From NCBI GenBank assembly GCA_034421915.1, contig DAOUKA010000187.1, positions 6,776-70,775 on the forward strand: DNA of 64,000 nt, written 5' to 3'. The notes under the pieces were generated by a model that saw only the letters and a list, made by a program, of their open reading frames with translations, did no database searches and was not told the origin of the DNA. The translations under genes and the position numbers were made by a program. How positions within the stretch are numbered: the stretch's first letter is position 1; every line of letters starts with the position of its first letter. This document shows, one piece after another, positions 53,830 through 63,511 of the stretch. Source of the DNA: Anaerolineae bacterium. Lineage in GTDB: Bacteria > Chloroflexota > Anaerolineae > Aggregatilineales > Phototrophicaceae.

Positions 53830-54151
53830 AAACGAGCCTTGCGCTTTCGATAACTTGCTGACGAAAATAACAGCTTAGTTCCTGTGGGGTGCGTAAATCA
53901 ACGCGACGTCCAATAATCTGGCTCAGGTCTATTTCCTGCTGTGCCATATCAAAATAGCTGATACGCGCATCAGGCACATATTCCACCAGCAGGTCAATAT
54001 CACTCTCCGGCTTGAGTTCATCCCGCAGTGCAGAGCCGAACAGCGACAGATGCTTAATTGGATGCTGCTCACAAAAGGCACGTATCGCCTCCAGCGGCAG
54101 ACTGGTTGATGTTAGCTCGTTCATAAATGAATCCTTCACCATTTCTTCCAA
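53813..54151 (-). CDS. mntA: MNT-type nucleotidyltransferase antitoxin
   Basis: GSxxR plus DxD motifs in LSLFGSALRDELKPESDIDLLVEY; 112 aa. Confidence 0.85.
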   Translation of the reverse strand: MEEMVKDSFMNELTSTSLPLEAIRAFCEQHPIKHLSLFGSALRDELKPESDIDLLVEYVPDARISYFDMAQQEIDLSQIIGRRVDLRTPQELSCYFRQQVIESARLVYEKKP

Positions 54152-54240
54152 GAGTTCGTGTCTGCGCTATCCCCTGCTGTTATACGTTTTACAGTTCGCG
54201 CTTCTATCAGTATGTACTGTATTCTCTTTTCTCGAACTCT

Positions 54241-55185
54241 CTAAAAAATGAGGCTGGCATCATCTCCTAAATAGTCACGCGCCGCATCGACATCCAATCC
54301 TATCTGTGTCACCAATGCCTCAAGGCTGTCGAATTTTTTCTCCGGGCGTAGCCTGGCCTCAAAGGTCACTTCCAACTGCCTGCCATAAATATCGCGGTCA
54401 AAATCCAGCAGATGCGCTTCGATGGACAGGCTGTCGCCCTCAAAAGTCGGGCGGATGCCGATGTTGATGGCGGCTTTGAAGGTCTCGCCGCCGAGCCTTG
54501 CCCAGCCGGCATAGACCCCGTTGGCAGGGATAATCTGTTCTGACCATACCTCGATGTTGGCGGTTGGAAAGCCAATCGCCGCGCCGCGTTTTTCCCCGTG
54601 TACAACTTTCCCCGCCAGGGCATAAGAACGTCCCAGCCAGGTTTTCACCTTGTCCATGCTGCCGCGCCGAACATGCTCCCTGACCTGTGAACTGCGTATA
54701 ACTTTGTCGTCAGCCGCGCTCATCATCAATTCGATGACGCTTACACGAAAGCCGCGCTCTTGACCCTGCGCAGTCAGGAATTCGACATTCCCGCCACGCT
54801 GGTATCCCAATGCAAAATCCGCGCCGACCCAAAGCTCTTTCACTTTCAGGTGCTTGACAAGCTGCTCAACGAAATCCGCCGCCGGCATCTGTCGAATTGC
54901 AGCATTAAAGGGGTGCGTAATCACGCAATCGACACCAAGAGCCAGCATAAGACTGGCACGCTGTTTGGGGGTTGTGAGATAGTAGCGCTTGTCCACTTGG
55001 CGCAGCAGCTTGTCCGGATGCGGGAAAAACGTGATGACAGCCGCCAGCCGATTGCTGGCACGGGCATTGGCGACGAGGCGCTTGATGAGCGTTTGATGTC
55101 CGATATGCACGCCATCAAAGACGCCAATGGTCACAACAGAAGCGGTGTCGAGCTTTGCTTCCTCGAGACTGCGGACGTGTTTCAT
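54241..55185 (-). CDS. ribF: bifunctional riboflavin kinase / FMN adenylyltransferase
   Basis: IGVFDGVHIGHQ, GFPTANI and RPEKKFDSLEAL. Confidence 0.93.
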   Translation of the reverse strand: MKHVRSLEEAKLDTASVVTIGVFDGVHIGHQTLIKRLVANARASNRLAAVITFFPHPDKLLRQVDKRYYLTTPKQRASLMLALGVDCVITHPFNAAIRQMPAADFVEQLVKHLKVKELWVGADFALGYQRGGNVEFLTAQGQERGFRVSVIELMMSAADDKVIRSSQVREHVRRGSMDKVKTWLGRSYALAGKVVHGEKRGAAIGFPTANIEVWSEQIIPANGVYAGWARLGGETFKAAINIGIRPTFEGDSLSIEAHLLDFDRDIYGRQLEVTFEARLRPEKKFDSLEALVTQIGLDVDAARDYLGDDASLIF

Positions 55186-55229
55186 TGCGAATCCTCATAT
55201 TTAAGCGGAGTCCGGCCGAGGTCATTGTA

Positions 55230-56129
55230 TCAAGGGCAATCCCAAAATACTTTATGCGGTTTCCACAACTGCCCTCGCGGCTTCAAAATGGCGACCAGCT
55301 GCTTCTCTTCGGTAAAGGCGAAAACATGACCCGCCTCAATGTCCGTCCGCCGCTGGATGAATTGTCCCTGCTTAATGCGCTGAATCTCGCTGGCATTGAG
55401 GGTCAGGCAGGGTTGATCCTTGAGCGCGGCATGAGGGGATATGATTTGCCCAAGCCATTCATCGCCATCCATCAGCCTGTCCAGGCTGATGCTGTCGCCA
55501 ATTTTGAAAACTCCACTGGCAACGCGCCTTAAAGCGGATAGATAGCCGCCAACAGCCAAAGCCCCTCCTATGTCATGTGCCAGACTCCGAATATAGGTGC
55601 CCGAACTGCAATGGACATCCACTTCAAGCACCGGGTGATTCCAGGAAAGGATTTCGATAGAATGGATGTGTACCTGACGCGCTTTGCGTTCGACAGATTT
55701 TCCTTGACGCGCAAGTTGGTAGAGCTTTTGGCCCGCTACCTTGACCGCGCTGTACATCGGCGGGATCTGCTGGATGTCCCCGATGAATGGTGGCAAAACC
55801 CTTTGAATATCGGCTATTGTGATTTTGCCAGCGTCAGCTATTGTGACGACATCGCCTTCGGCATCGTAGCTGGTGGTCGTTTTGCCCAGGGTGATTTGCG
55901 CCCGATACTGCTTGCGGCTGCGCATGATATAGCTGCTGAGGCGGGTAGCCTTGCCAAGACACAAAACCAGCACGCCGCTTGCCAGTGGGTCGAGTGTGCC
56001 GGCATGGCCGACTTTCCTGGAACCCGTCAGTGCTTGGTAACGATGCCGAACCCGCGCGACCACATCGTGGCTTGTCCATCGCAGCGGCTTGTTGAGGTTA
56101 AGGAAGCCCGCATGACCGAGTTTAGTCAA
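55230..56129 (-). CDS. truB: tRNA pseudouridine(55) synthase
   Basis: GFLNLNKPLRWTSHDVV, GHAGTLDPLASGVL, and a C-terminal PUA domain. Confidence 0.93.
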   Translation of the reverse strand: MTKLGHAGFLNLNKPLRWTSHDVVARVRHRYQALTGSRKVGHAGTLDPLASGVLVLCLGKATRLSSYIMRSRKQYRAQITLGKTTTSYDAEGDVVTIADAGKITIADIQRVLPPFIGDIQQIPPMYSAVKVAGQKLYQLARQGKSVERKARQVHIHSIEILSWNHPVLEVDVHCSSGTYIRSLAHDIGGALAVGGYLSALRRVASGVFKIGDSISLDRLMDGDEWLGQIISPHAALKDQPCLTLNASEIQRIKQGQFIQRRTDIEAGHVFAFTEEKQLVAILKPRGQLWKPHKVFWDCP

Positions 56130-57120
56130 GTTCGGGTCTCCCTTCGGCGATGACTTGATGGGCGAGTGGCAGAACCCGCCGACGAAGCTCTTCCAGCGAG
56201 CCTTTCAGCGTGCAGCCCGAAGCCTGTCTGTGTCCACCGCCACCGAGCCGAAAAGCCAGAGTCGCCACATCATAACCCGATTTTGAGCGGAAGCTGATTT
56301 CGACCTGATTATCGGGCAGTTCCCGAAACACAACAGACACTTTTGCCTCATCCACCTCCACCAGGTGATTCACCAGCCCGCTGTCGCCTATTGTGTCCAG
56401 ACCTGCTTGGGCAATGTTATTTTGTGTGACGGTCGCTTGAATCAAGCCCTTGTCCAGTTGAACCGATGGCAATACCAGTTTCCACAATTCGACCTCCGCA
56501 TAGCTGCGGCTGTTGAGGGTGTATGCCATAATGCGCGACAGGGGCGCCTTCTTTCGCACGAGTGCCTGTGCGATTTCCAGGGTGCGGCTGTTGGTGGCGC
56601 TAATCCGAAACCCGCGCGTATCGGTGATGAGACCTGTCAGCAGGGCATAGGCAGCGTCTTCAGGGATTTCGCAGTTGAGATAATGAAGAAAATCAAAGAC
56701 GACTTCGGCGGCTGCTACCGCCTGCGGCACGATGAGATGGATGTCGCCGAAGCGGGTATTGGTCGGATGGTGGTCAAGGTTGATGACGGTCCGGCTATGG
56801 GCAAGACCATAGGCGCCAGCCTTGCCGATGCGTTCCACATCGCTTGAATCGACAGCAATCATCAGGTCAAACTCGCCTGTGGAAATCTCCGCCAGGACAG
56901 TTTCACTGCGCGGCATAAACGACAGCTTGTCAGGCACACCCTCATCAACCACGGCGGTAATGTCTTTCCCCATCGGGCGCAGTGATTCCGCCAGCCCCAG
57001 CAGCGACCCAACCGCATCTCCATCCGGCGCTGTATGCGCGACTAGAAGAATCGAGTGGGCTGCGAGAATGGCTTCGGCGGCGGCTTGCCATTGTGGGTCA
57101 GTCGCTGTCATTCGTGTCAT
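56122..57120 (-). CDS. nrnA: DHH/DHHA1 phosphoesterase (NrnA-like oligoribonuclease/pAp phosphatase)
   Basis: HTAPDGDAVGS, NLDHHPTN and GGGGHRQASG. Start trimmed to ATG 57120; an alternative is at 57111. Confidence 0.8.
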   Translation of the reverse strand: MTRMTATDPQWQAAAEAILAAHSILLVAHTAPDGDAVGSLLGLAESLRPMGKDITAVVDEGVPDKLSFMPRSETVLAEISTGEFDLMIAVDSSDVERIGKAGAYGLAHSRTVINLDHHPTNTRFGDIHLIVPQAVAAAEVVFDFLHYLNCEIPEDAAYALLTGLITDTRGFRISATNSRTLEIAQALVRKKAPLSRIMAYTLNSRSYAEVELWKLVLPSVQLDKGLIQATVTQNNIAQAGLDTIGDSGLVNHLVEVDEAKVSVVFRELPDNQVEISFRSKSGYDVATLAFRLGGGGHRQASGCTLKGSLEELRRRVLPLAHQVIAEGRPELD

Positions 57121-57475
57121 CTTTCCTGATTTCCGCCGGGATGTCCAGATTGGAGATAATCTGGTTGATGCGCTCGGCGCGTTCCAGCGTTTGATCCCAA
57201 TAAAAGTGAAGTTCAGGTGTGTGGCGGATTCGGATGCGCTTGCCGACTTCACGCCGCAAAAAACCGGTGGCGCGGCGCAGCGCCTGCATCACTTCTGCTT
57301 CACGGCTTTCGTTTCCCAGGGCGCTGACATAAACCTTAGCATACATGAGTTCAGCATCCAGCTGAACTTCGGTGATAGTAATGCCGCGCAGACGCGGGTC
57401 GGATATTTCGCGCAAGAGCAGCTGGCTCAAAATCTGGTGAATGCGGTCACTCATGCGCCCCTGTTTAATGGACAT
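57098..57475 (-). CDS. rbfA: ribosome-binding factor A
   Basis: RMSDRIHQILSQLLLREISDPRL...ITITEVQLDAELMYAKVYVS. Confidence 0.9.
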   Translation of the reverse strand: MSIKQGRMSDRIHQILSQLLLREISDPRLRGITITEVQLDAELMYAKVYVSALGNESREAEVMQALRRATGFLRREVGKRIRIRHTPELHFYWDQTLERAERINQIISNLDIPAEIRKDDTNDSD

Positions 57476-57492
57476 CGCTGTTGTCCCTCACG

Positions 57493-59304
57493 CTAGTTCA
57501 CACGCTCGCGGACAAAGAATTCGATAATGTCGCCTTCCTTGTAATTGTTGATACCTTCCAAACCAATGCCACACTCAAATCCCGAACGCACTTCACGAAC
57601 ATCATCCTGAAAGCGCTTGAGCGAACTTACGTTGACGTTTTCGGCAATAACTTTGCTGCCGCGCTTCAAACGCGCTTTGGCATTGCGGCGTGCCTCGCCT
57701 TGCTTAATCATACTGCCGGCAATAACGCCACTTCGCGGGATTTTGAAGGTTTGGCGAACTTCGGCAACACCAACAACCCTGTTGGCATATTTGGGTTCAA
57801 GCATGCCGTGCAATGCCAATTCGATGTCTTCAAACAGTTTGTAGATGATGTTGTACTTGCGGATTTCTACGCCCTGCGCCTCTGCCCAAGCGGATGCAGC
57901 TATATCCACACCCACATTGAATCCAACGATGATGGCATTCGAGGCACTTGCCAGCATCACATCCGATTCCGTGATGCGCCCGACTTCCTGACGCAAGACA
58001 CGTATGGCGATGCCTTCTTCATTGCGCTCGGAGATGTTCTTGAGTTCGTCGGTGATAGGCTGGATGGATCCCTGAACATCCGTTTTGAGAACCATCGCCA
58101 ACTCTTTGGCGCTGCCAGCCTGAAACTGCTTGAAAAGGTCTTCCAGGGTCAGTACGGCTTCAGTCTGGCTGCGGGTGCTGCGCTCCCGCGCCTGCTGTCG
58201 GCGGTCTTCGGCAATGCTTCTGGCGGTTTTGTCGTTCTTGACGATTTCAAACATGACGCCCGGCGCCGGCGGTGAATCCAAGCCGAGAACCGAGACGGGC
58301 ATGGATGGAATCGCCTGCTTGACCTGCGTGCCAGCCGAGTCGAACATCGCCTTGACTTTGCCATAAGATGTCCCGGCGACGACGGCATCGCCAGGTTTCA
58401 TGGTGCCGTTCATCACCAGCAGGGTTGCCATCGTGCCGCGGCTCTTGTCTACCTCGGCTTCTACAACCGTTCCGCGCAGCCGGCCCTGGGGGTTGGCGAT
58501 GATTTCATTTTCATCAGCGACCAGAATCAATGCCTCCAGCAAGTCTTCAATGCCGCTGCCAGAAAGTGAATCCACCTCAACCATGATGGTGTTGCCATCC
58601 CAGTCATCAGGAATAAGCTCTAGTTCGGCAAGCTGCTGTTTCACCATTTCGGGGCTGGCATTGCGCTTGTCCACCTTGGTGATGGCGACAACCAGCGGCA
58701 CATCTGCCGCCCGCGCATGGTCAAGCGCTTCGCGGGTGGTTGGCATCACCCCGTCATCGGCGGCAACAACCAGGATGGCGATGTCAGCGCCCTGTGCGCC
58801 GCGCGCACGCATCGCCGTAAAAGCCTCATGCCCCGGTGTGTCCAGGAAGGTCAATAACTGCCCATCGTGCTGTGCCTGATAAGCGCCGATATGCTGGGTG
58901 ATTCCGCCAGCTTCGCCCTCGGCAACGGCCGTTTTACGGATGACATCCAGCAGGGTCGTCTTGCCATGATCCACATGACCCAGAATGGTGATGATGGGCG
59001 GGCGGCTGACCAATGTATTCGGCGCTTCGCCCTCATACATGACGCTCCATTTTTCTTCGCGCTGTTCAGCCCGTTTCTCCTCCTCTTCGGCGGCGGCAAC
59101 AGCGCTGGCGGATTGGGCAGTGTATCCCATTTCCTCAACCACAATGGCCGCCGTGTCATAGTCGATTTGCTCGTTGATGGCCGCCATAATGCCATTGCTA
59201 ATCAGCCGCTTCATCACGTTAATCGGACTGGTTTCGATTAACTCGGCTAATTCACGAACGGTTAGATAATCGGGTATTAAAATGATGTCGGGTGTTTTGG
59301 GCAT
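57493..59304 (-). CDS. infB: translation initiation factor IF-2 (short form)
   Basis: G domain [28 protein letters not shown] and NKVD-like TKVD; 603 aa. Confidence 0.95.
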   Translation of the reverse strand: MPKTPDIILIPDYLTVRELAELIETSPINVMKRLISNGIMAAINEQIDYDTAAIVVEEMGYTAQSASAVAAAEEEEKRAEQREEKWSVMYEGEAPNTLVSRPPIITILGHVDHGKTTLLDVIRKTAVAEGEAGGITQHIGAYQAQHDGQLLTFLDTPGHEAFTAMRARGAQGADIAILVVAADDGVMPTTREALDHARAADVPLVVAITKVDKRNASPEMVKQQLAELELIPDDWDGNTIMVEVDSLSGSGIEDLLEALILVADENEIIANPQGRLRGTVVEAEVDKSRGTMATLLVMNGTMKPGDAVVAGTSYGKVKAMFDSAGTQVKQAIPSMPVSVLGLDSPPAPGVMFEIVKNDKTARSIAEDRRQQARERSTRSQTEAVLTLEDLFKQFQAGSAKELAMVLKTDVQGSIQPITDELKNISERNEEGIAIRVLRQEVGRITESDVMLASASNAIIVGFNVGVDIAASAWAEAQGVEIRKYNIIYKLFEDIELALHGMLEPKYANRVVGVAEVRQTFKIPRSGVIAGSMIKQGEARRNAKARLKRGSKVIAENVNVSSLKRFQDDVREVRSGFECGIGLEGINNYKEGDIIEFFVRERVN

Positions 59305-59468
59305 TCCTACCTCCTTCAGTTTGGGCGACTGTCTGGGGCAGGATAGGTTGTCCTGCCAATTTTATCTGTCTTTTTTCGCGGGCTCCCGCCAGTCAGACAG
59401 GTTATGGTTTTCTGCAAGCGCAGGATTCCGCCCGCCGGCGCGGAGCGCTCCCGCCATTCGGACTTGTT

Positions 59469-59732
59469 TCATGATGGTTTCATCTGGCCTAAGTAGATGC
59501 GGTCATCATTGCTCAATTCCACGCGCAGTGCCTTATCCATCATCCGTGGGCGCGCCGCCGCCAGCTCCCAGCATTTCGGGCTGCTGCACAAGTATGCTCC
59601 GCGCCCGTTCATTTTTCCAGACTCATCTATCCGCAATCTCCCGTCAACGACTGTCAAGCGCGTCAAATCCCGCTTGTCTTTTTTCTCACGGCACATAACG
59701 CAGGTGCGCTGCGGTCGGTGTTTGCCTGCCAT
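59469..59732 (-). CDS. ylxR: YlxR/RnpM-family (DUF448) RNA-binding protein
   Basis: PQRTCVMCREKKDKRDLTRL...GRGAYLC. Confidence 0.85.
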   Translation of the reverse strand: MAGKHRPQRTCVMCREKKDKRDLTRLTVVDGRLRIDESGKMNGRGAYLCSSPKCWELAAARPRMMDKALRVELSNDDRIYLGQMKPS

Positions 59733-59771
59733 GATGTGTCCCCATCACGCTGCCATATCCAGGCTGCTGGG

Positions 59772-61790
59772 CTAATAATCGTAATCTTCCCAAGTCTCGT
59801 CATCCCAGCTTCCGCGCCGACCTTTGCGGCGGCGTTTGGCAATGACTTCGCCACTTTTCTCATCCAGGATAAGCTGACGCCGTTTTTGACGGTCTTTGCG
59901 GCGTTTCTTCTTGCTTTTGGTGAGATCCAGTTCAAACTCGGATTCGTCTTTGTCGTCCTCATCGTATTCGATGTCTTCGTATGCGCTGCCAAAGTCGTTT
60001 GTATCCGTCCGGGTCTTTTCAAAGGGCGATTTTGCGCCAACCAAGCTGGTTTCGGCTTCCAACATGCTCTCAACACCCACCGCTGCCAATTCCCCATCCA
60101 GTTTTTCGTCGATGATGGGCTGACCGAAGGCATCCAGCAAGGTCCCGTCTTCTTCTGTGTCATCTGGCTGGCTGGCGCTGACAGGCTGCTCGCTCTCGGC
60201 TGGCTCTTCAAGCGGCGCCGCTTCGTCATCCACAGCCGCGACAGGCTCTTCACTGTCTTCGACAGATTGCGCTTCCGCCAGCAGCTGTTCGATATTCGCT
60301 ATCATAATGCTGTCGAGGGCGGATTGAATCTCGCTCATGGGGTCGCCCTCAAGCGAGGCGAGTTTGCGGGCGACGATGGCCTCATCAACCAGACAGGCGA
60401 GCATCACTTCGCCAATGTTTTCGTATGGCTCAAGGATGTCAAGTATCTCTTGCGACACCGCCAGCACATCCAGCGGCAATTTGAACATGTCGGGCGACAG
60501 GGTGGATTTGACAGCTTCGCGTTCCCGGAGATACTGTTCACGTTCCTCATTGCGCTGTGCTAGCAAAGCCTGTTCGACAAGGCTGGCAAAGCGCCCCAGC
60601 GCCTTGTATTCTTCGGGCATGACCGTCAGCGCCAGTTGTTTCTTCTCCATGATGCGGTGTGCCTCGGCAATCAGGTCGGCATAGCGCTCAGCGAGACTGT
60701 CGAATGGCGGGGCATCGAGATTGTCAAGCGCAGCCTGTACCGTTTCCGTCACGCTCTTGATGTCAATGCGCCAGCCAGTGAGCTTGGCGGCAAGCCGCGC
60801 ATTCTGCCCTTCGCGCCCAATCGCCAGGGACAGCTGGTCATCAGGCACAATGACAACGGCTGTGCGCCCCTCAAGCGGGTCATCATCCAGATAAACACTG
60901 GTCACCCGCGCCGGGCTTAAGGCTTTGGAGATAAAGGCTTCGGCATCCGTGTTCCATTCGATGACATCAATTTTTTCGTTATGGAGTTCCTTAACGATGT
61001 TTTGTATCCGTATGCCGCGCATGCCAACACAGGCGCCGACCGGGTCAACGCCATCCTGCAAGGCGGCCACAGCCACCTTGGAACGATGACCCGCCTCGCG
61101 GGCGATATTCTTGATTTCCACCTGACCATTGTAGATTTCGGGCACTTCATATTCCAGCAGCCGCCGCAGCATATTTCGGTGCGCCCGACTGACGATGATT
61201 TGGGGGCCGCGCGTGCTGTTTTTGACCTCCATGACATAGACGCGAATTTTCTCGTGCGTTCGATAGCGCTCGCCGGGAATTTGCTGCGAGCGGATGAGGT
61301 CGGCCTCTGCTCGTCCCAGACTCAGGGTGACCTGTCTCGAGTTCACACTTTGAACCGTGCCAGTGATGAGGTCGCCTTCACGATTGATGAATTCTTCATA
61401 GAGCGCGGCTCGTTCCGCCTCACGGATTTTTTGCAGGATGACCTGCTTGGCGGTTTGCGCCGCAATGCGCCCAAAACTTCTGGTGGTATGTTCGACCTGA
61501 ACCAGGACGGTATCGTTGATTTGCGCTTCGGGGTTATAAAAACGCGCCTCTTCCAGGGTGACTTCGGTCGCGTCAATGATGACATCCTCAACAACCTCTT
61601 TTTCGGCAAAGATGCGGGCGCGTCCGGTGTCGGGGTCAATTTTCGCTTCGATGGTCTGTGCCGAACTGGCGCCTGAATCCTTGCGGAAAGCCGCGACCAA
61701 GGCCCTCTGCAAGGCCTCCAGCACCACGTCAGCTGGCAAAGCCCGCATTTGCGCAATCTCGTTGAAGGCGATTTGTAACTCGTTAGACAT
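59772..61790 (-). CDS. nusA: transcription termination/antitermination factor NusA with a long C-terminal extension
   Basis: NTD-S1-KH1-KH2 core ([11 protein letters not shown]; [15 protein letters not shown]; [22 protein letters not shown]), followed by about 320 extra residues. Confidence 0.93.
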   Translation of the reverse strand: MSNELQIAFNEIAQMRALPADVVLEALQRALVAAFRKDSGASSAQTIEAKIDPDTGRARIFAEKEVVEDVIIDATEVTLEEARFYNPEAQINDTVLVQVEHTTRSFGRIAAQTAKQVILQKIREAERAALYEEFINREGDLITGTVQSVNSRQVTLSLGRAEADLIRSQQIPGERYRTHEKIRVYVMEVKNSTRGPQIIVSRAHRNMLRRLLEYEVPEIYNGQVEIKNIAREAGHRSKVAVAALQDGVDPVGACVGMRGIRIQNIVKELHNEKIDVIEWNTDAEAFISKALSPARVTSVYLDDDPLEGRTAVVIVPDDQLSLAIGREGQNARLAAKLTGWRIDIKSVTETVQAALDNLDAPPFDSLAERYADLIAEAHRIMEKKQLALTVMPEEYKALGRFASLVEQALLAQRNEEREQYLREREAVKSTLSPDMFKLPLDVLAVSQEILDILEPYENIGEVMLACLVDEAIVARKLASLEGDPMSEIQSALDSIMIANIEQLLAEAQSVEDSEEPVAAVDDEAAPLEEPAESEQPVSASQPDDTEEDGTLLDAFGQPIIDEKLDGELAAVGVESMLEAETSLVGAKSPFEKTRTDTNDFGSAYEDIEYDEDDKDESEFELDLTKSKKKRRKDRQKRRQLILDEKSGEVIAKRRRKGRRGSWDDETWEDYDY

Positions 61791-61831
61791 GTCGTTTCAC
61801 TCCAAAAGTCGGCAACCGGTTTCGTTCCCGA

Positions 61832-61862
61832 TATAAAATGAAAAGTGGGGCTTGCCCACTTT
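61832..61862 (-). terminator. terminator-like hairpin in the nusA upstream region
   Basis: Minus strand reads AAGTGGG-CAAGC-CCCACTT followed by TTCATTTTAT. Lies 135 nt after the upstream gene and 42 nt before the nusA ATG. Confidence 0.5.
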
Positions 61863-61881
61863 CACATAACTTCATATCCCA

Positions 61882-61910
61882 AGTCTAGCACGGATTTGAA
61901 CAGCCGTCAA
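61882..61910 (-). promoter_or_regulatory. possible promoter TTGACG-17-TAGACT upstream of the hairpin
   Basis: Read on the minus strand, with -35 at 61905-61910 and -10 at 61882-61887. Confidence 0.35.
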
Positions 61911-61997
61911 GATGGGTTGAACCTGGGGAAGCGGAAAGACAGGGGATTGATGAGATAATGTCAGAATGATGAGTTGCCTTGGCGCTTGGGCAGTGCG

Positions 61998-63332
61998 TCA
62001 GGAGCGGGATGAAGCGGAACGGTCGAGGCTCCCTGTCAGACAACCCGCAGCCGCCCACCAGACCGCTATAGCCCGAAAGACTCCGATGGGGATGTTGTGT
62101 TCGAGCATCGATATCACCAGACCTGACAGCAGGATGAGACCCAGCAGAGCCGTCTCCTCCCGCTCGACTGCGAGCCTGGACTTGTCGCGGAAGAGCCGCC
62201 AGCCGGCACGCAGCATGAGCGCAACCATCAACAGGAACAGCAGCGGCGCAGCAATGCCCGTGTAGATCGCCCAGTTTAGCCAGAAATTATGAACCCGTGC
62301 CCTTCTATTGGGAGTCTCCAACCAGAATCGTTTGTATCCATCTCCAAGAAAGGGGTCCTCCATCATTTTTTCCAAGCCCAGCAAATACCCTCGGATGCGG
62401 TTTGAGGATATGTAGTCCAGTCGCCTCACTGTCAGGTCATCTTGGTTCCAGGCACTCGTATCAGGCAGATAAGGTTCAGGTACAGTCAAGCGATACAGCC
62501 TTAAATGCTGGGCACATGATTGATCCAGGAATGGGATGCTGAGCAGAAGTCCTGCCAGGACAACCGTGGCTGCCAACCGTCTTGATGAAGGCAGCAGCGC
62601 AAATGCCGCCAGCGCCAGCAGGGACGATAGAAGCCCGGTGCGACCGCCACTGACAAACTGGCTGCCAACGATAATAATCACCCCCGCGATGCCAGCGAAC
62701 TTCCAGAGCGATGGCCAGCGATCCCCGGCAGGCAGGAACAAAAGCCCCGCCACCGGGACAAAAAATGCCAAATCCGCTGACCAGGTAGTGGGTTTTAGGC
62801 TTAGACCATTTTTGTCGCCCTCGTCCCACAGACAGAGTGTCTGCCAGTCCGGCGTGTTCAGCAGCGTTCCGAACAGCGTGATGCCCGCCAGGAACACGAA
62901 GATGACAAAAGCTCGCCGGAAAATCGAACGTATGTCGCCGCCATCGCGGGCGAGGCAGTAGAAACACCAGAAAAACACGAAGCATTGGATGAGATCGAAG
63001 ATGAATTCGCTCACGCTGGACGGGTGGTTGGCCTGTGCCAGTCCTGGAATCCACAGCAAAAGCAGACCGGCGAAACCCAGGGGACCCAGCAATCCGGCCG
63101 GGAAGGGGCGCCGACTCTTCAACAACTCGCTCCCGAACACCAGAGCCAGAGCCACCAGAACGATCATCCACTCAAACTTTCGCAAATCGTGGATGCTGAT
63201 GCCGGGCAGCCAATAAACCGGACTGAGCCCAAGGAACACGCTGAGCAGCCAGGGCGCAAGCGTGCCTCTGCCGCGCTCCAGCAGATGCCGCGCCTGTTCC
63301 ATTTTTTTGCTTTCGCGTAATGCTTCAGTCAT
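61998..63332 (-). CDS. O-antigen ligase/polymerase-like (Wzy_C) membrane protein
   Basis: At least 10 TM segments. SGGRTGLLSSLLALAAF and VHNFWLNWAIYTGIAAPLLFLL match the Wzy_C pattern. Confidence 0.7.
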   Translation of the reverse strand: MTEALRESKKMEQARHLLERGRGTLAPWLLSVFLGLSPVYWLPGISIHDLRKFEWMIVLVALALVFGSELLKSRRPFPAGLLGPLGFAGLLLLWIPGLAQANHPSSVSEFIFDLIQCFVFFWCFYCLARDGGDIRSIFRRAFVIFVFLAGITLFGTLLNTPDWQTLCLWDEGDKNGLSLKPTTWSADLAFFVPVAGLLFLPAGDRWPSLWKFAGIAGVIIIVGSQFVSGGRTGLLSSLLALAAFALLPSSRRLAATVVLAGLLLSIPFLDQSCAQHLRLYRLTVPEPYLPDTSAWNQDDLTVRRLDYISSNRIRGYLLGLEKMMEDPFLGDGYKRFWLETPNRRARVHNFWLNWAIYTGIAAPLLFLLMVALMLRAGWRLFRDKSRLAVEREETALLGLILLSGLVISMLEHNIPIGVFRAIAVWWAAAGCLTGSLDRSASSRS

Positions 63333-63511
63333 TTCTGGGTACTCTTCAGCGCCTCGATCAGTTCATGGGCTTCGTCGGCCAGCATGGAGCTTGCAGAGGC
63401 AGCGTCTAATTTTGTGGATATGCAGAAACTGCAATATCTTGCCATACAAGATATGAGCAAGCCCATGACCGCGTTTTTCGCCATTCCCAAAGACGCGGAT
63501 GCTTGGCGCTG

